Below are positions 56,301-64,000 of a stretch of DNA of 64,000 nucleotides, piece after piece (position 1 is the stretch's first letter; each line of letters begins with the position of its first letter). Made by a program: the position numbers and the translations under genes. The notes beneath the pieces were generated by a model, which worked only from the letters and a program-made list of their open reading frames with translations, did not search any database and was not told the origin of the DNA. Source of the stretch: Rubripirellula sp. (GTDB lineage: Bacteria > Planctomycetota > Planctomycetia > Pirellulales > Pirellulaceae); NCBI GenBank assembly GCA_965216875.1, contig OZ244207.1, positions 6,048,001 to 6,112,000 on the forward strand. The letters are read 5' to 3'.

Positions 56301-57100
56301 AAATCCAGCGGCGCTTCGTGCTCGGCCGCCCCCGTTTCCCAGCGAATCACTGCCTGTTCGTCATCGGTCATTCCGATGATCGAGGCAGACACCGTGACAT
56401 CACGTCCGGCGATCGCTTCGCTATCTCCCGGATTCACTTCAGCGATCGATACGCGTCGGGGCGGATCGATCGAAGCAAATGGGATCAACAGACGCGCTGC
56501 GGAGACGAAACTGTTCTTGGGTGACAGGACGGCATAGCCAGCCAGCACTGCAAAGGCGACCATCGTGAACAGCCACCAACGCATCGTCCCAGTGGCTTCG
56601 GCTGGCAAATGGTCGTGGGTACGAAGTGTTCCGGCGGCCTGTGAGCCGATCGAATTGACGACGCGGCCTCGCAGGTTCGCTTTGCCGCGATCACCACGAA
56701 GGGTGATGTAGCTTGTCAGAGCTTGCCTGAGAGTCGGAACGTCACGTTCAAGTGACCGCGCGGCATACTCGGGGCGCACCGAACTTTTCAGGACGGGCAT
56801 CACCCGTTTGACCAATGTCCAGCCAACCCATCCGGCCAGTGTCGCCAGTGCCAGTGTGCGAAAGAGTTTTCCGCCCGCGTAGATCCACTGGTCAAGAACG
56901 ATCCAAACCAACAAAGCGACGAACAAACCGATCAGCAACGCCAAACCGGTTCGCGTCAGTTCGGCCCACCACAAAGCGCTACAGGCTTCGTCGATGCGTT
57001 GCTGGATCAGCGAATCGGCCGCGTCTTTCGATGGCTTGGTCCCTTGAGGCGAGTTCGCCTTGGCAGGTGACGCAGCGGCTGGTGCGGGAGCAATCGACAT
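53399..57100 (-). CDS. large membrane protein (DUF4175-like N-terminus, Ig-like domains, long G/S/D/N/Q/E low-complexity region)
   Basis: 3 N-terminal TMs, YQPPAYTG, DLPPEI, ALDADYGL; about 550 aa disordered; helical C-terminus; ATG at 57100. Confidence 0.8.
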   Translation of the reverse strand: MSIAPAPAAASPAKANSPQGTKPSKDAADSLIQQRIDEACSALWWAELTRTGLALLIGLFVALLVWIVLDQWIYAGGKLFRTLALATLAGWVGWTLVKRVMPVLKSSVRPEYAARSLERDVPTLRQALTSYITLRGDRGKANLRGRVVNSIGSQAAGTLRTHDHLPAEATGTMRWWLFTMVAFAVLAGYAVLSPKNSFVSAARLLIPFASIDPPRRVSIAEVNPGDSEAIAGRDVTVSASIIGMTDDEQAVIRWETGAAEHEAPLDFEESSLRHQGSLTLAHSVSGSVPYYIEAGDAIAGPFHLQVQDVPVVAVDSIHYQPPAYTGEQPHTNSSGAITGVDGTVVTINATTNRAVAKGKVEFNPKPIGNTVAATAGAQALSLDASGTKLTLTFTLRTPEGRSAEAGLESYRIKVWDDADQSNPDPIIYPIRVIADLPPEISVVVPQKSPQNVPLDAQQSFEIHALDADYGLKSVRLKIMRSGRVLDEPVLWSDPVGASGNQVVEYGLRPKKLGLRVGERVRVTAIAIDNRFSETDPRIKPNVTTADPIDLRITAPEASDPDSNDPNSKQDPANQEGGSEESEASTGSNQEGESEEKNNDSKDSGDSGETGQSGNEGTQGGGSGSGSGDSESEGEGEGNAGGSGPSEGENESPDSKGSGGSNDGEGESSDQNDPSNSGGAGGTGDNSEGEGSNSPENEGASESEGADSEMNEGAGNDSQSGSDAQSGTGNQPSGDATGDPNAAPESGAGDGQSQSDAARQQPGGDPDRAPENDGQAMERLKEFLEQKQKEQQSGSDSSTGQDSSQNQQPSGEGGSQEQTDQGGSSQSGSKPEPGSNNDPSGGTDSQQPDAGSEERGNEERGSEGGSTDPQGNQKGSGNQDQNSTQSQQNTDASSGQNEDRGQQGTGDQNDPKDSATGDQRGSEGANDPSKEGSKGDQRNEGGSSERSEKPDGSGSDDSNKKDPTGNDPKSRDPNSSDPNKGEQGTGGQSDAEKNRQPGDNQDTGDSRESGNDAGSENGIGDTGQSNNQSNSRNQGTEGEQADPSQGEQSEGEQNNPGNAADPSTSTGDSQSNPSEAQNPSDDNQASSQNFNGSGSGGEGTAKEGDPDVPPDPIDTEYAKQATDLVLDYLDQTRDAPDRDLLEKMNWTEQDLNRFYDRWQKVRQMQRTGDAEQQRDVEEALKSLGMRDPRQTTLNKRESADRMQRIRDAGNRRPVPAAHRDAFNEFRRAISRQGR

Positions 57101-57527
57101 GATGAATGAAGGTTTACCGGCAGCAATGTCGCCAGGTGGTCGAAAGAGGAAGCGGCTGGCAGAGCGGAAAAGACTCCCACATTGTAGCCTGATACTGAAC
57201 AAAACGACCAAACGCCGCCGGTCTTAGGATCGGAAAACAACTTGGTTCTTGAAAAACATTGCCCAAACCGCATAAGGGGAATTGCGTCTGCTGCCGATAC
57301 ACGTTTCACTGCTAGTGTTCTGCTTGATGAACCAATTTCCCCTCCCTTGGTTCCGAGACTGACGAGCCGAGGGAACGGATTGTGAGCTTTTTTGCAATTG
57401 TAGCGCCGATTGCCTCGCGCTAACCCGCAAATGGAGCGTGGACTTCCCAGACTGCAGAGTGGAAGGTTGGGCAGTTGATAGAATCGGGTCGTTCAACAGA
57501 CCTCTCCTCGTTTTTTCTAAGTCACCA

Positions 57528-58673
57528 ATGAGATACGCATTCCGTTTGGCGGAATTACTTGGACACACCCCTGACCGCCGCAAACGGCCAGGAACGATCA
57601 AATCGATCGTTGAGCACACCGGACTGGACCGCCACCAAGTCGCGTCACTTCTGAAAAACGAAGCGAAATACATTCCGCTCGAAGCCCTCTCGCGCTTGTG
57701 CGATTACCTGATCGATCATGGGTACGCATCGGCCGATCAGCTTCCAGGTGCTCTTTTCGCCGTCAACGCGGAAAACTTCTGGGAACTGCTGGCTCGTCGC
57801 GGTGACATCGAAATCGTTCTCGGTGTCCGCCAAAACCCCGACGCAGACCTGCCTGACGCCGCAACCGTTGTCGCCAGCGACGCGGTTCTGTTTGGTGAGT
57901 TGCTCAATGGTGTTTCGACCCTTGGCGGTGCCGCAAAACACCATGGCTCGGCCGATTCCGAAGATGGCAAGACGGGCGAAGTCCCCATGCCTGACCGCCT
58001 GCAACAAACACTCGTTTGGAGCCCCGGTCGAGTCTCGCTCGAAGACGCACGTGCCCGAGCATCGGAAGTCTTCGACAGCTTTGTCTCGGCTCAAGGCGAC
58101 CGCGGCATGGTCTGCATCGGTAGCGTCAAAAGTAACCCTGTCGTCGAACTGATGTTCGCTGACGCGTTTGGCTGCACACCTTTTGTGACCGAAGACGACG
58201 TTGACGACGTCTCCGCTCGCTCATGCCCCTTCTTCCTCCGCTACCGTGACAACGACCCGCAGCCGGGCGGAGCCGCGGCGGGGATGCGTTTGAGCAAGAA
58301 CGAAGACGCTCCTGAACCCGGTTTCTACTACGAGAAAGATGACGGCACTTGGGCCTACGCGGGTGGAAACGACAAAGACACCGCGCTTGTCTTCTACCTG
58401 TTCCGCGAAGCCCTCGGTCGCCTCGACATGGTCCTTTCCGGTTTCTCAGGACGTGCGACGCGTCTGTTAGCTAAAACACTCGCCATTCGCGGCGAAGAGT
58501 TTTGGCCACCTGTCTACGAACAGGATGGCGTTCAAATCGGTGCCTACTTGGTGACCTACGACAACTCGGACACCAAGCCGAGCCGCGACGACCTGCTTTA
58601 CAACCCAGGTGGTGCCGCAGAGATCATGCCGCTGCCACGCGAAGCGATCGCCAAGCGAATGGCACGCCGCTAG
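57528..58673 (+). CDS. Cro/C1-type HTH protein with large C-terminal domain
   Basis: IKSIVEHTGLDRHQVASLLKNEAKYIPLEALSRLCDYL. Confidence 0.8.
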   Translation: MRYAFRLAELLGHTPDRRKRPGTIKSIVEHTGLDRHQVASLLKNEAKYIPLEALSRLCDYLIDHGYASADQLPGALFAVNAENFWELLARRGDIEIVLGVRQNPDADLPDAATVVASDAVLFGELLNGVSTLGGAAKHHGSADSEDGKTGEVPMPDRLQQTLVWSPGRVSLEDARARASEVFDSFVSAQGDRGMVCIGSVKSNPVVELMFADAFGCTPFVTEDDVDDVSARSCPFFLRYRDNDPQPGGAAAGMRLSKNEDAPEPGFYYEKDDGTWAYAGGNDKDTALVFYLFREALGRLDMVLSGFSGRATRLLAKTLAIRGEEFWPPVYEQDGVQIGAYLVTYDNSDTKPSRDDLLYNPGGAAEIMPLPREAIAKRMARR

Positions 58674-58686
58674 AAGGCATTCTTCG

Positions 58687-58825
58687 GTAGGCCGGATCAC
58701 GGAGCGACAGCGACGCAGATCCGGCTTCGCCAGAAGTTGCTCATCTTCGTAGCTACCTTCGCCAGAAGGTTGTCTTGCTGGCGAGCGGTTGGCCATCACA
58801 CCCACGCTCTGGCGAGCGTAGCTAC
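58687..58825. repeat. REP family A (58687-58725) plus inverted family C pair GTAGCTACSYTCGCCAGARSG (58749-58769, 58802-58825)
   Basis: matches to other copies in the window. Confidence 0.87.
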
Positions 58826-58836
58826 GAACACGACGG

Positions 58837-60870
58837 CTACGGCTCTCGGGAGAGCTCCCAGGCTTCATCAAAAAAGCCGTCGGCGACCACGTCGCCGGCG
58901 AAGATCCCGTCTTCTTCCTGGTCGACCTTCATCACGGCCCAATCAGGCAGCATCGCGATCTGGCGCGAGTTGCTGACGTTCGAAAACTCACGAAACGTCA
59001 TCCCACTGTTCACCACCAAGTACTTCTTGGGGTTCTGGGGATTGGGAAAGCACATCGCCACCGCATGGACATCGGGGTCGAATGCCTGCGTCCCCACCTC
59101 GAGCGTTTCGTCAGTCCATTTGATCGGCAACTGCGACGCGATTCCGGCCAGATAAAGATTGCTGCGAAAATCGCCAAAACAAACCAGGTTGCAGTTTTCG
59201 ATCAGCTCGGGTGTCACTTCGCTATCGCGAACAACGTTGACCTTGCCCCGCATCAAACGCGCCCAGCGTGATTTCGCATAGTCGATCTCACGATCAATCC
59301 AGCGTTGCACGACACCGTGTCGCGCTGGCCGACTTGGCACGACAAACACAAACCGGCTCGTGAACGCATCATCGATCGGACCTTGCAACCCAGGTCGCTT
59401 GCGTCGCGAGTTGTCGATCACCTCGACCACTTTCCAATCATCCTCGCGGACCAATTCACACTGGACACCCGGTTCCTTGCTCCAGTCCTCGATCGTCAAG
59501 GTTTGGCCATCGATGGTGAGTGTCGGATTGACCAATCGTTTGGGCCAAGGTGATTTGGCGAAGTCGATCTTCAAGCGTGTCACGCCATCCGTCTTGATCT
59601 CAAAGCTTGTTTCGCCGGTGATCTTCCCTTGCACACGGGAGGCACGAAAATGCTCTTCGAGCCCCAGAACACTTAGCCATCCGGCTCGGTTGTATTTCAA
59701 GGTGTAGGTTGTGAAGTCGATCGACTCACGCGGCGAGGAAACCGGCTTTGCGGCCCATTGATCAATCGTTGCATCAATCTTCTCGACCGAGGGCGGATCG
59801 ATTTTGTGACCCATCCCTTCGCCAATCACATAGGGGAATTCGAAGCCGTTTGACTTTGCGGCTGCAACCAATTGATCGGCTGCCTTGCGTTGTTTATCGA
59901 CTTCGCCACTGTAGGCCACCATGTTTGTGTTGCGCAGGTTATTGACCCAAGGCCGAACGTCGTACCAACCGAGCAACTTCTTTCGACTGTCGGTCAGCTC
60001 GAAGGGCATGCCATTCTTGTCCCATCCCTGGTACTCGATCGTGTCCACAAACCCTGCACCAGGGTTGGCCGCAAACCACATCGTCGGATCATGAACGGCG
60101 AGGTGCCAGACACCGGCGCCTCCCATCGAAAACCCACGAATCGAAATGCGGTCGCGATCAACGTTGATCAACTTGCAAACATGCTCGATCGATTCGTAGA
60201 CGTCGGTCTCACCAGCAAACTTGAACGCATTGCAATGTCGACCAAAGGGATGCAGGACGAACGTGTCTTCGGGCGTGTAGTAACCCTTCTTGGTCATCCG
60301 TTCGACCAGGAAAGGCACTTCTGTCTTTGTGTCTCCGCGGCCGTGCAACCAGACATCCAACCGATACGAGCGATCTTCGTTCGGATCGTAACCGGCTGGC
60401 ACGATCAAACCGAAGGGCTGAACGGAATCGTCAATCGCGGAAACGAAACCGCCGACCAACAACTGCGGCTCGGAACTGCTCGCCTTTCCATGCCCCAGCA
60501 GATCGAGTCCACGTTTACCTTCGCGTGCAAGTTCAATGCGGCGCCGAGCGAGATTGGCAACGGTCTGGAACTGACTGATCGCCTGCTTCTTTTTGCCAAA
60601 GAACAAGTTCTGGTCGATGGCGAGTTTCAGCGAGCGGCGCAGAACCAAGACATCGTTCTGCCAGGCTTTGTCGTTTGCTGCCTTGCTCAGTGCTGTGATC
60701 GACCCATCGATCTGAGCAACGCTTGCAGCAAGCTCTTGTTTTTCCGAAGTGGTAAGCTCAATTCCGTCAGGCGGCAATCGCTTGTAGGTTTGAGCGTTAA
60801 CGGAAAATGGCAAACAAACGAACAAACCAACCAAGACACATTGAAGCCAACGCACGCTAAAGATCTCCAC
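58837..60870 (-). CDS. exported alpha/beta hydrolase (prolyl oligopeptidase/esterase-like)
   Basis: signal peptide; VWLHGRG, GFSMGGAG nucleophile elbow, GEVD, GMGH. Confidence 0.85.
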   Translation of the reverse strand: MEIFSVRWLQCVLVGLFVCLPFSVNAQTYKRLPPDGIELTTSEKQELAASVAQIDGSITALSKAANDKAWQNDVLVLRRSLKLAIDQNLFFGKKKQAISQFQTVANLARRRIELAREGKRGLDLLGHGKASSSEPQLLVGGFVSAIDDSVQPFGLIVPAGYDPNEDRSYRLDVWLHGRGDTKTEVPFLVERMTKKGYYTPEDTFVLHPFGRHCNAFKFAGETDVYESIEHVCKLINVDRDRISIRGFSMGGAGVWHLAVHDPTMWFAANPGAGFVDTIEYQGWDKNGMPFELTDSRKKLLGWYDVRPWVNNLRNTNMVAYSGEVDKQRKAADQLVAAAKSNGFEFPYVIGEGMGHKIDPPSVEKIDATIDQWAAKPVSSPRESIDFTTYTLKYNRAGWLSVLGLEEHFRASRVQGKITGETSFEIKTDGVTRLKIDFAKSPWPKRLVNPTLTIDGQTLTIEDWSKEPGVQCELVREDDWKVVEVIDNSRRKRPGLQGPIDDAFTSRFVFVVPSRPARHGVVQRWIDREIDYAKSRWARLMRGKVNVVRDSEVTPELIENCNLVCFGDFRSNLYLAGIASQLPIKWTDETLEVGTQAFDPDVHAVAMCFPNPQNPKKYLVVNSGMTFREFSNVSNSRQIAMLPDWAVMKVDQEEDGIFAGDVVADGFFDEAWELSREP

Positions 60871-61585
60871 CTATTTCCAGAACGTCTTCCAATTTCATCG
60901 CACCATCATAGATCGCTCGGCCGACGATTGCGGCTGGCATGCCCATTTCGGTCAATTGCTTGACATCGTCCAGGGTAGTGACGCCGCCGCTGGCAACCAG
61001 CGGGATGTCCGTCGCCGCGGCCATGGTGGCAAGTCCATCAAAGTTTGGCCCCTGCATCATGCCGTCACGAGCGATGTCGGTGTAGATGATGGCGGCGATG
61101 TTGCTGGTGCGACCGCGCAGATCTTTCGCCAGATCAACGGCAGGTGTTTCACTCGTTTCCAGCCAACCGTCGGTGGCAACCATGCCATCGCGTGCATCGA
61201 TGCCAGCGGCAAGTTTTCCAGGATAGGCGTCGGCCATCTCAGCAAACCAATCGGGCTTCTTCAAGGCGGCCGACCCAACCACGAGTCGGTGCAAGCCGAT
61301 TTCGATCAGCGCCTTGACCGAGGCTTCATCGCGGACACCGCCGCCCATTTGACACGGCAGTCCGGTCGCTTCAACGATCTTGGCGACCGCGGCGCGGTTG
61401 GCCGTCGAATCATCCCCTTTCGCGGCGTCCAAATCGACCAAGTGCAACCGCTTCGCGCCCGCTTCCTTCCAACGCAATGCGAACTCAACCGGATCGTCTC
61501 CGAAAACTGTTTGGCGATCGTAGTCGCCCTGCCGCAAACGGACTGGTTTCCCGTGACGCAAATCGATAGCGGGCCAGATTTCCAA
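60857..61585 (-). CDS. hisA: phosphoribosylformimino-5-aminoimidazole carboxamide ribotide isomerase
   Basis: PAIDL..GK.VRL.QGDY, LHLVDLDAA, GGGVR, TDIARDGM, ASGG, GRAIY. Confidence 0.96.
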   Translation of the reverse strand: MEIWPAIDLRHGKPVRLRQGDYDRQTVFGDDPVEFALRWKEAGAKRLHLVDLDAAKGDDSTANRAAVAKIVEATGLPCQMGGGVRDEASVKALIEIGLHRLVVGSAALKKPDWFAEMADAYPGKLAAGIDARDGMVATDGWLETSETPAVDLAKDLRGRTSNIAAIIYTDIARDGMMQGPNFDGLATMAAATDIPLVASGGVTTLDDVKQLTEMGMPAAIVGRAIYDGAMKLEDVLEIGGDL

Positions 61586-61732
61586 GTCAATTACTCCGAA
61601 AACACCAAACGAGAATACGGGGATCGTCGCTTCGAATCAGCGACCGTCAATGTCGGGCCAGTGTGATCCGAATCGGTCGACTCGGGAAGCCCCACGGCCA
61701 AGATGTTTCGACGGCCCCAAATGGCCCATGCG

Positions 61733-62980
61733 TTACGATGCAAATCCGGCCAGTTCCGCGGCTCGTTTCACTCGCGTGATGCCGATGATGTAGGCAGCCA
61801 ATCGCAGTGATACGTCTCGCTGCTGAGCCGTCTGCCACACCTTCTCGAATGACTCGTTCATCGTGTGATCAAGCTCCTGACGCACACGGTCGAGTGTCCA
61901 GCGATAGTGTTGGCGATTCTGTACCCACTCAAAATAGCTGACCGTCACGCCGCCAGCATTGGCGAGAATGTCGGGAAGCACCGTCACGCCGCGCTCCGTC
62001 AGTACCGCATCGGCATCCGGATCGATCGGACCGTTTGCCGCCTCAACAATCACACTCGCTTTGATCAGATCGACGTTGTCTGGAGTGATCACTCCGCCAA
62101 GCGCCGCGGGAATCAACACCCGAACGTCATCCAATTCCAACAAAGCGTTCATCGGTAGATGTTCGCAGTGCTGGTAACCCTCAAGCAATCCCTGCGGATG
62201 ATGCAAGGTATGGCGAAGCAGGTCAGGAATATTCAAACCATCTTTGTCGTAGTACGTTCCCGTCACATCACTCACGGCGACAACAGGAAACTGCGATTCG
62301 TGCAAGAACTTGGCTGCGTGAGAACCAACGTTGCCGAACCCTTGAATCGCAACCGAAGAATCTTCGGCTTGCATGCCAAGACGCTTGACCGTTTTGACCG
62401 TTAGCAAACCGACTCCGCGGCCAGTCGCTTCTTCGCGACCCTTCGCCCCATACTCCTCCACCGGCTTGCCGGTGATCACCGCGGGGTTGAATCCATGATA
62501 CTTTTCCCATTGGTTTCGAAACCACGCCATCACACGATGGTCTGTCCCCATGTCGGGCGCAGGGATGTCGGAATCAGGTCCGACGATGTCATGAATTTGA
62601 TCGACAAAAGCTCGCGTGAGACGTTCAAGCTCACGGACCGACAGCGCCGTTGGGTCGACACCAATACCACCTTTTGCACCACCGTACGGCAAGTCAACAA
62701 CAGCGGTCTTCCATGTCATCAAACTCGCCAGAGCGCGTGTTTCGTCAAGATCAACGTCAGGGTGGTAACGAAGACCACCCTTCATCGGACCGCGGTAGTG
62801 ATCATGTTGGACACGAAATCCAACGAAACTCGCGAGGCAACCATCGTCTTTCTCGATCGTGACTTGAACCTGCACTTCGCGGCGAGGCATGAGCAACGCT
62901 TCGCGTTGATCCTGGTCAATCTCCAGATGTTCCGCGGCGGCGTCAAAGTAGTGTTTGGTTGCTTCAAAAGCCCGCATCAT
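61733..62980 (-). CDS. gdhA: Glu/Leu/Phe/Val dehydrogenase (glutamate dehydrogenase)
   Basis: GPMKGGLRY, GGAKGG, DIPAPD, QGFGNVG, EAANGP, NAGGVTVSYFEW. Confidence 0.9.
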   Translation of the reverse strand: MMRAFEATKHYFDAAAEHLEIDQDQREALLMPRREVQVQVTIEKDDGCLASFVGFRVQHDHYRGPMKGGLRYHPDVDLDETRALASLMTWKTAVVDLPYGGAKGGIGVDPTALSVRELERLTRAFVDQIHDIVGPDSDIPAPDMGTDHRVMAWFRNQWEKYHGFNPAVITGKPVEEYGAKGREEATGRGVGLLTVKTVKRLGMQAEDSSVAIQGFGNVGSHAAKFLHESQFPVVAVSDVTGTYYDKDGLNIPDLLRHTLHHPQGLLEGYQHCEHLPMNALLELDDVRVLIPAALGGVITPDNVDLIKASVIVEAANGPIDPDADAVLTERGVTVLPDILANAGGVTVSYFEWVQNRQHYRWTLDRVRQELDHTMNESFEKVWQTAQQRDVSLRLAAYIIGITRVKRAAELAGFAS

Positions 62981-63087
62981 TTTCTCCTGTCATCCAATTC
63001 TTCTAGAGCAGGATACCATGGCACATGACCTTGTGGTCCAGGGCGCATCGCGGTCCAGAGCGTCTCGCGGTCTGGGCTCTCACGAGA

Positions 63088-64000
63088 TCACGCCGAGCGG
63101 CGCAAGCCATTCGCAGCAGGTTGCTTGCGTTCTTGAAACGGCACAGTAGCAGGCGAAGGTTGCTCTTCGCTTTGCGAGTCCTCAATAGTGACGACCGTTT
63201 GCTTCGAATCAAGTGATTGCTGACGACGCTCTGACCAACGCTGTTCGTCGTGGTACACCTTCACGACCCGGTGCGTCACGTCGACTTCCGCAGGCAGGTT
63301 GTCGACCAAGTCACCCGTCCCGCGAAACTCCTCAAGAAGAGCGATCGCGTCCGCACGTTCAAGTCGCGATTCCATCCAGGTTTTCCAGAACTGTAGCGGA
63401 ACGTCAACGGTCGCAAGTGCGGTTGGAAGGGACAGGAACTTTCGTGGCAAACGTTTCTTGCGCGTTGCTTCGGCGTCATACGCAGCTCTTTCAAAGATGC
63501 GTGCCAGTCCGGTGATCGCTAACCCAAACAGCTCCGAGAGTTCTTCGATCGAGTCGTTCGTCAATCCATCGCGCGGATCGTTGACCGCTTTCCCAAGATC
63601 ATAATCGTTGAGTAGAAATCGACGCTTGCGATGAGCGAATCGGGCAGCGTGCAACATTGCCTCGCCAAGCCAACCCTGACCGCCGGAGAGCTGAAAGACC
63701 ACGCGCAATTCGTTGGCGGCCCAATTTTGGTAAATGCGGCGATAGTTCTCTCGCACGCTGCATTCGAACGGACCATGTAAGACTCGCTCGGTCGGTCCGA
63801 TTTCGGTATGCAACGGTTGCAGGACATCCGTGAAGTAGTGACTCAACACACCGGCTGCGTGAGCGGCATCGCCGTAGCGATTTGTCCTGAGGTACTTTTG
63901 CAAACGGTCGTACCAAGCGTGCGCAACGCGCGGTGCGCCACCCCAATAACCCTCGGTGACATGAATCACGTGGTTTTGGAAATCTCGAAAACGCACATCG
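63088..64000 (-). CDS. zinc-dependent phospholipase C/S1-P1-like protein (5' end beyond window)
   Basis: NHV, GVLSHYFTDVLQPLHT, H..FE metal-ligand pattern. Confidence 0.65.
   Translation of the reverse strand, partial: DVRFRDFQNHVIHVTEGYWGGAPRVAHAWYDRLQKYLRTNRYGDAAHAAGVLSHYFTDVLQPLHTEIGPTERVLHGPFECSVRENYRRIYQNWAANELRVVFQLSGGQGWLGEAMLHAARFAHRKRRFLLNDYDLGKAVNDPRDGLTNDSIEELSELFGLAITGLARIFERAAYDAEATRKKRLPRKFLSLPTALATVDVPLQFWKTWMESRLERADAIALLEEFRGTGDLVDNLPAEVDVTHRVVKVYHDEQRWSERRQQSLDSKQTVVTIEDSQSEEQPSPATVPFQERKQPAANGLRRSA

Noticed and set aside
59872..61666. 363-aa and 236-aa + strand ORFs
   Set aside because: Antisense shadows of the hydrolase and hisA.

Overview
Chromosomal segment of a planctomycete, most likely Pirellulaceae. 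The assignment rests on planctomycete-type ECF/Ser-Thr kinase pairs, RRLxxExLExRxLL export signals, a BBP7-type beta-barrel, DUF1080, DUF3500 and TIGR02996 proteins. It holds about 47 CDS. Housekeeping genes: argH; an aroF-tpiA-secG-yicC-gmk-rpoZ-coaC-ppaC run; pyrC; hisA; gdh. I saw no rRNA, tRNA, CRISPR array or transposase. Four observations stand out. (1) An exported Bcp/peroxiredoxin (42232-42762, -) has TGA at its peroxidatic-Cys codon, followed by a SECIS-like hairpin; it is a probable selenoprotein that the ORF track splits in two. (2) A minus-strand metal cluster (10112-12542) encodes a signal-peptide-bearing 27-Cys metallothionein-like protein, preceded by an apparently leaderless Cys-rich ORF, next to a CbiX/SirB chelatase and an HMA protein. 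(3) An ECF sigma/kinase operon and the convergent cohesin-dockerin gene share the upstream motif GCGTGACA-N17-TCTTT. (4) At least six short palindromic (REP-like) repeat families occur, often nested and often within a few nt of stop codons. All family calls come from motif recognition by eye; no searches or folding programs were run.
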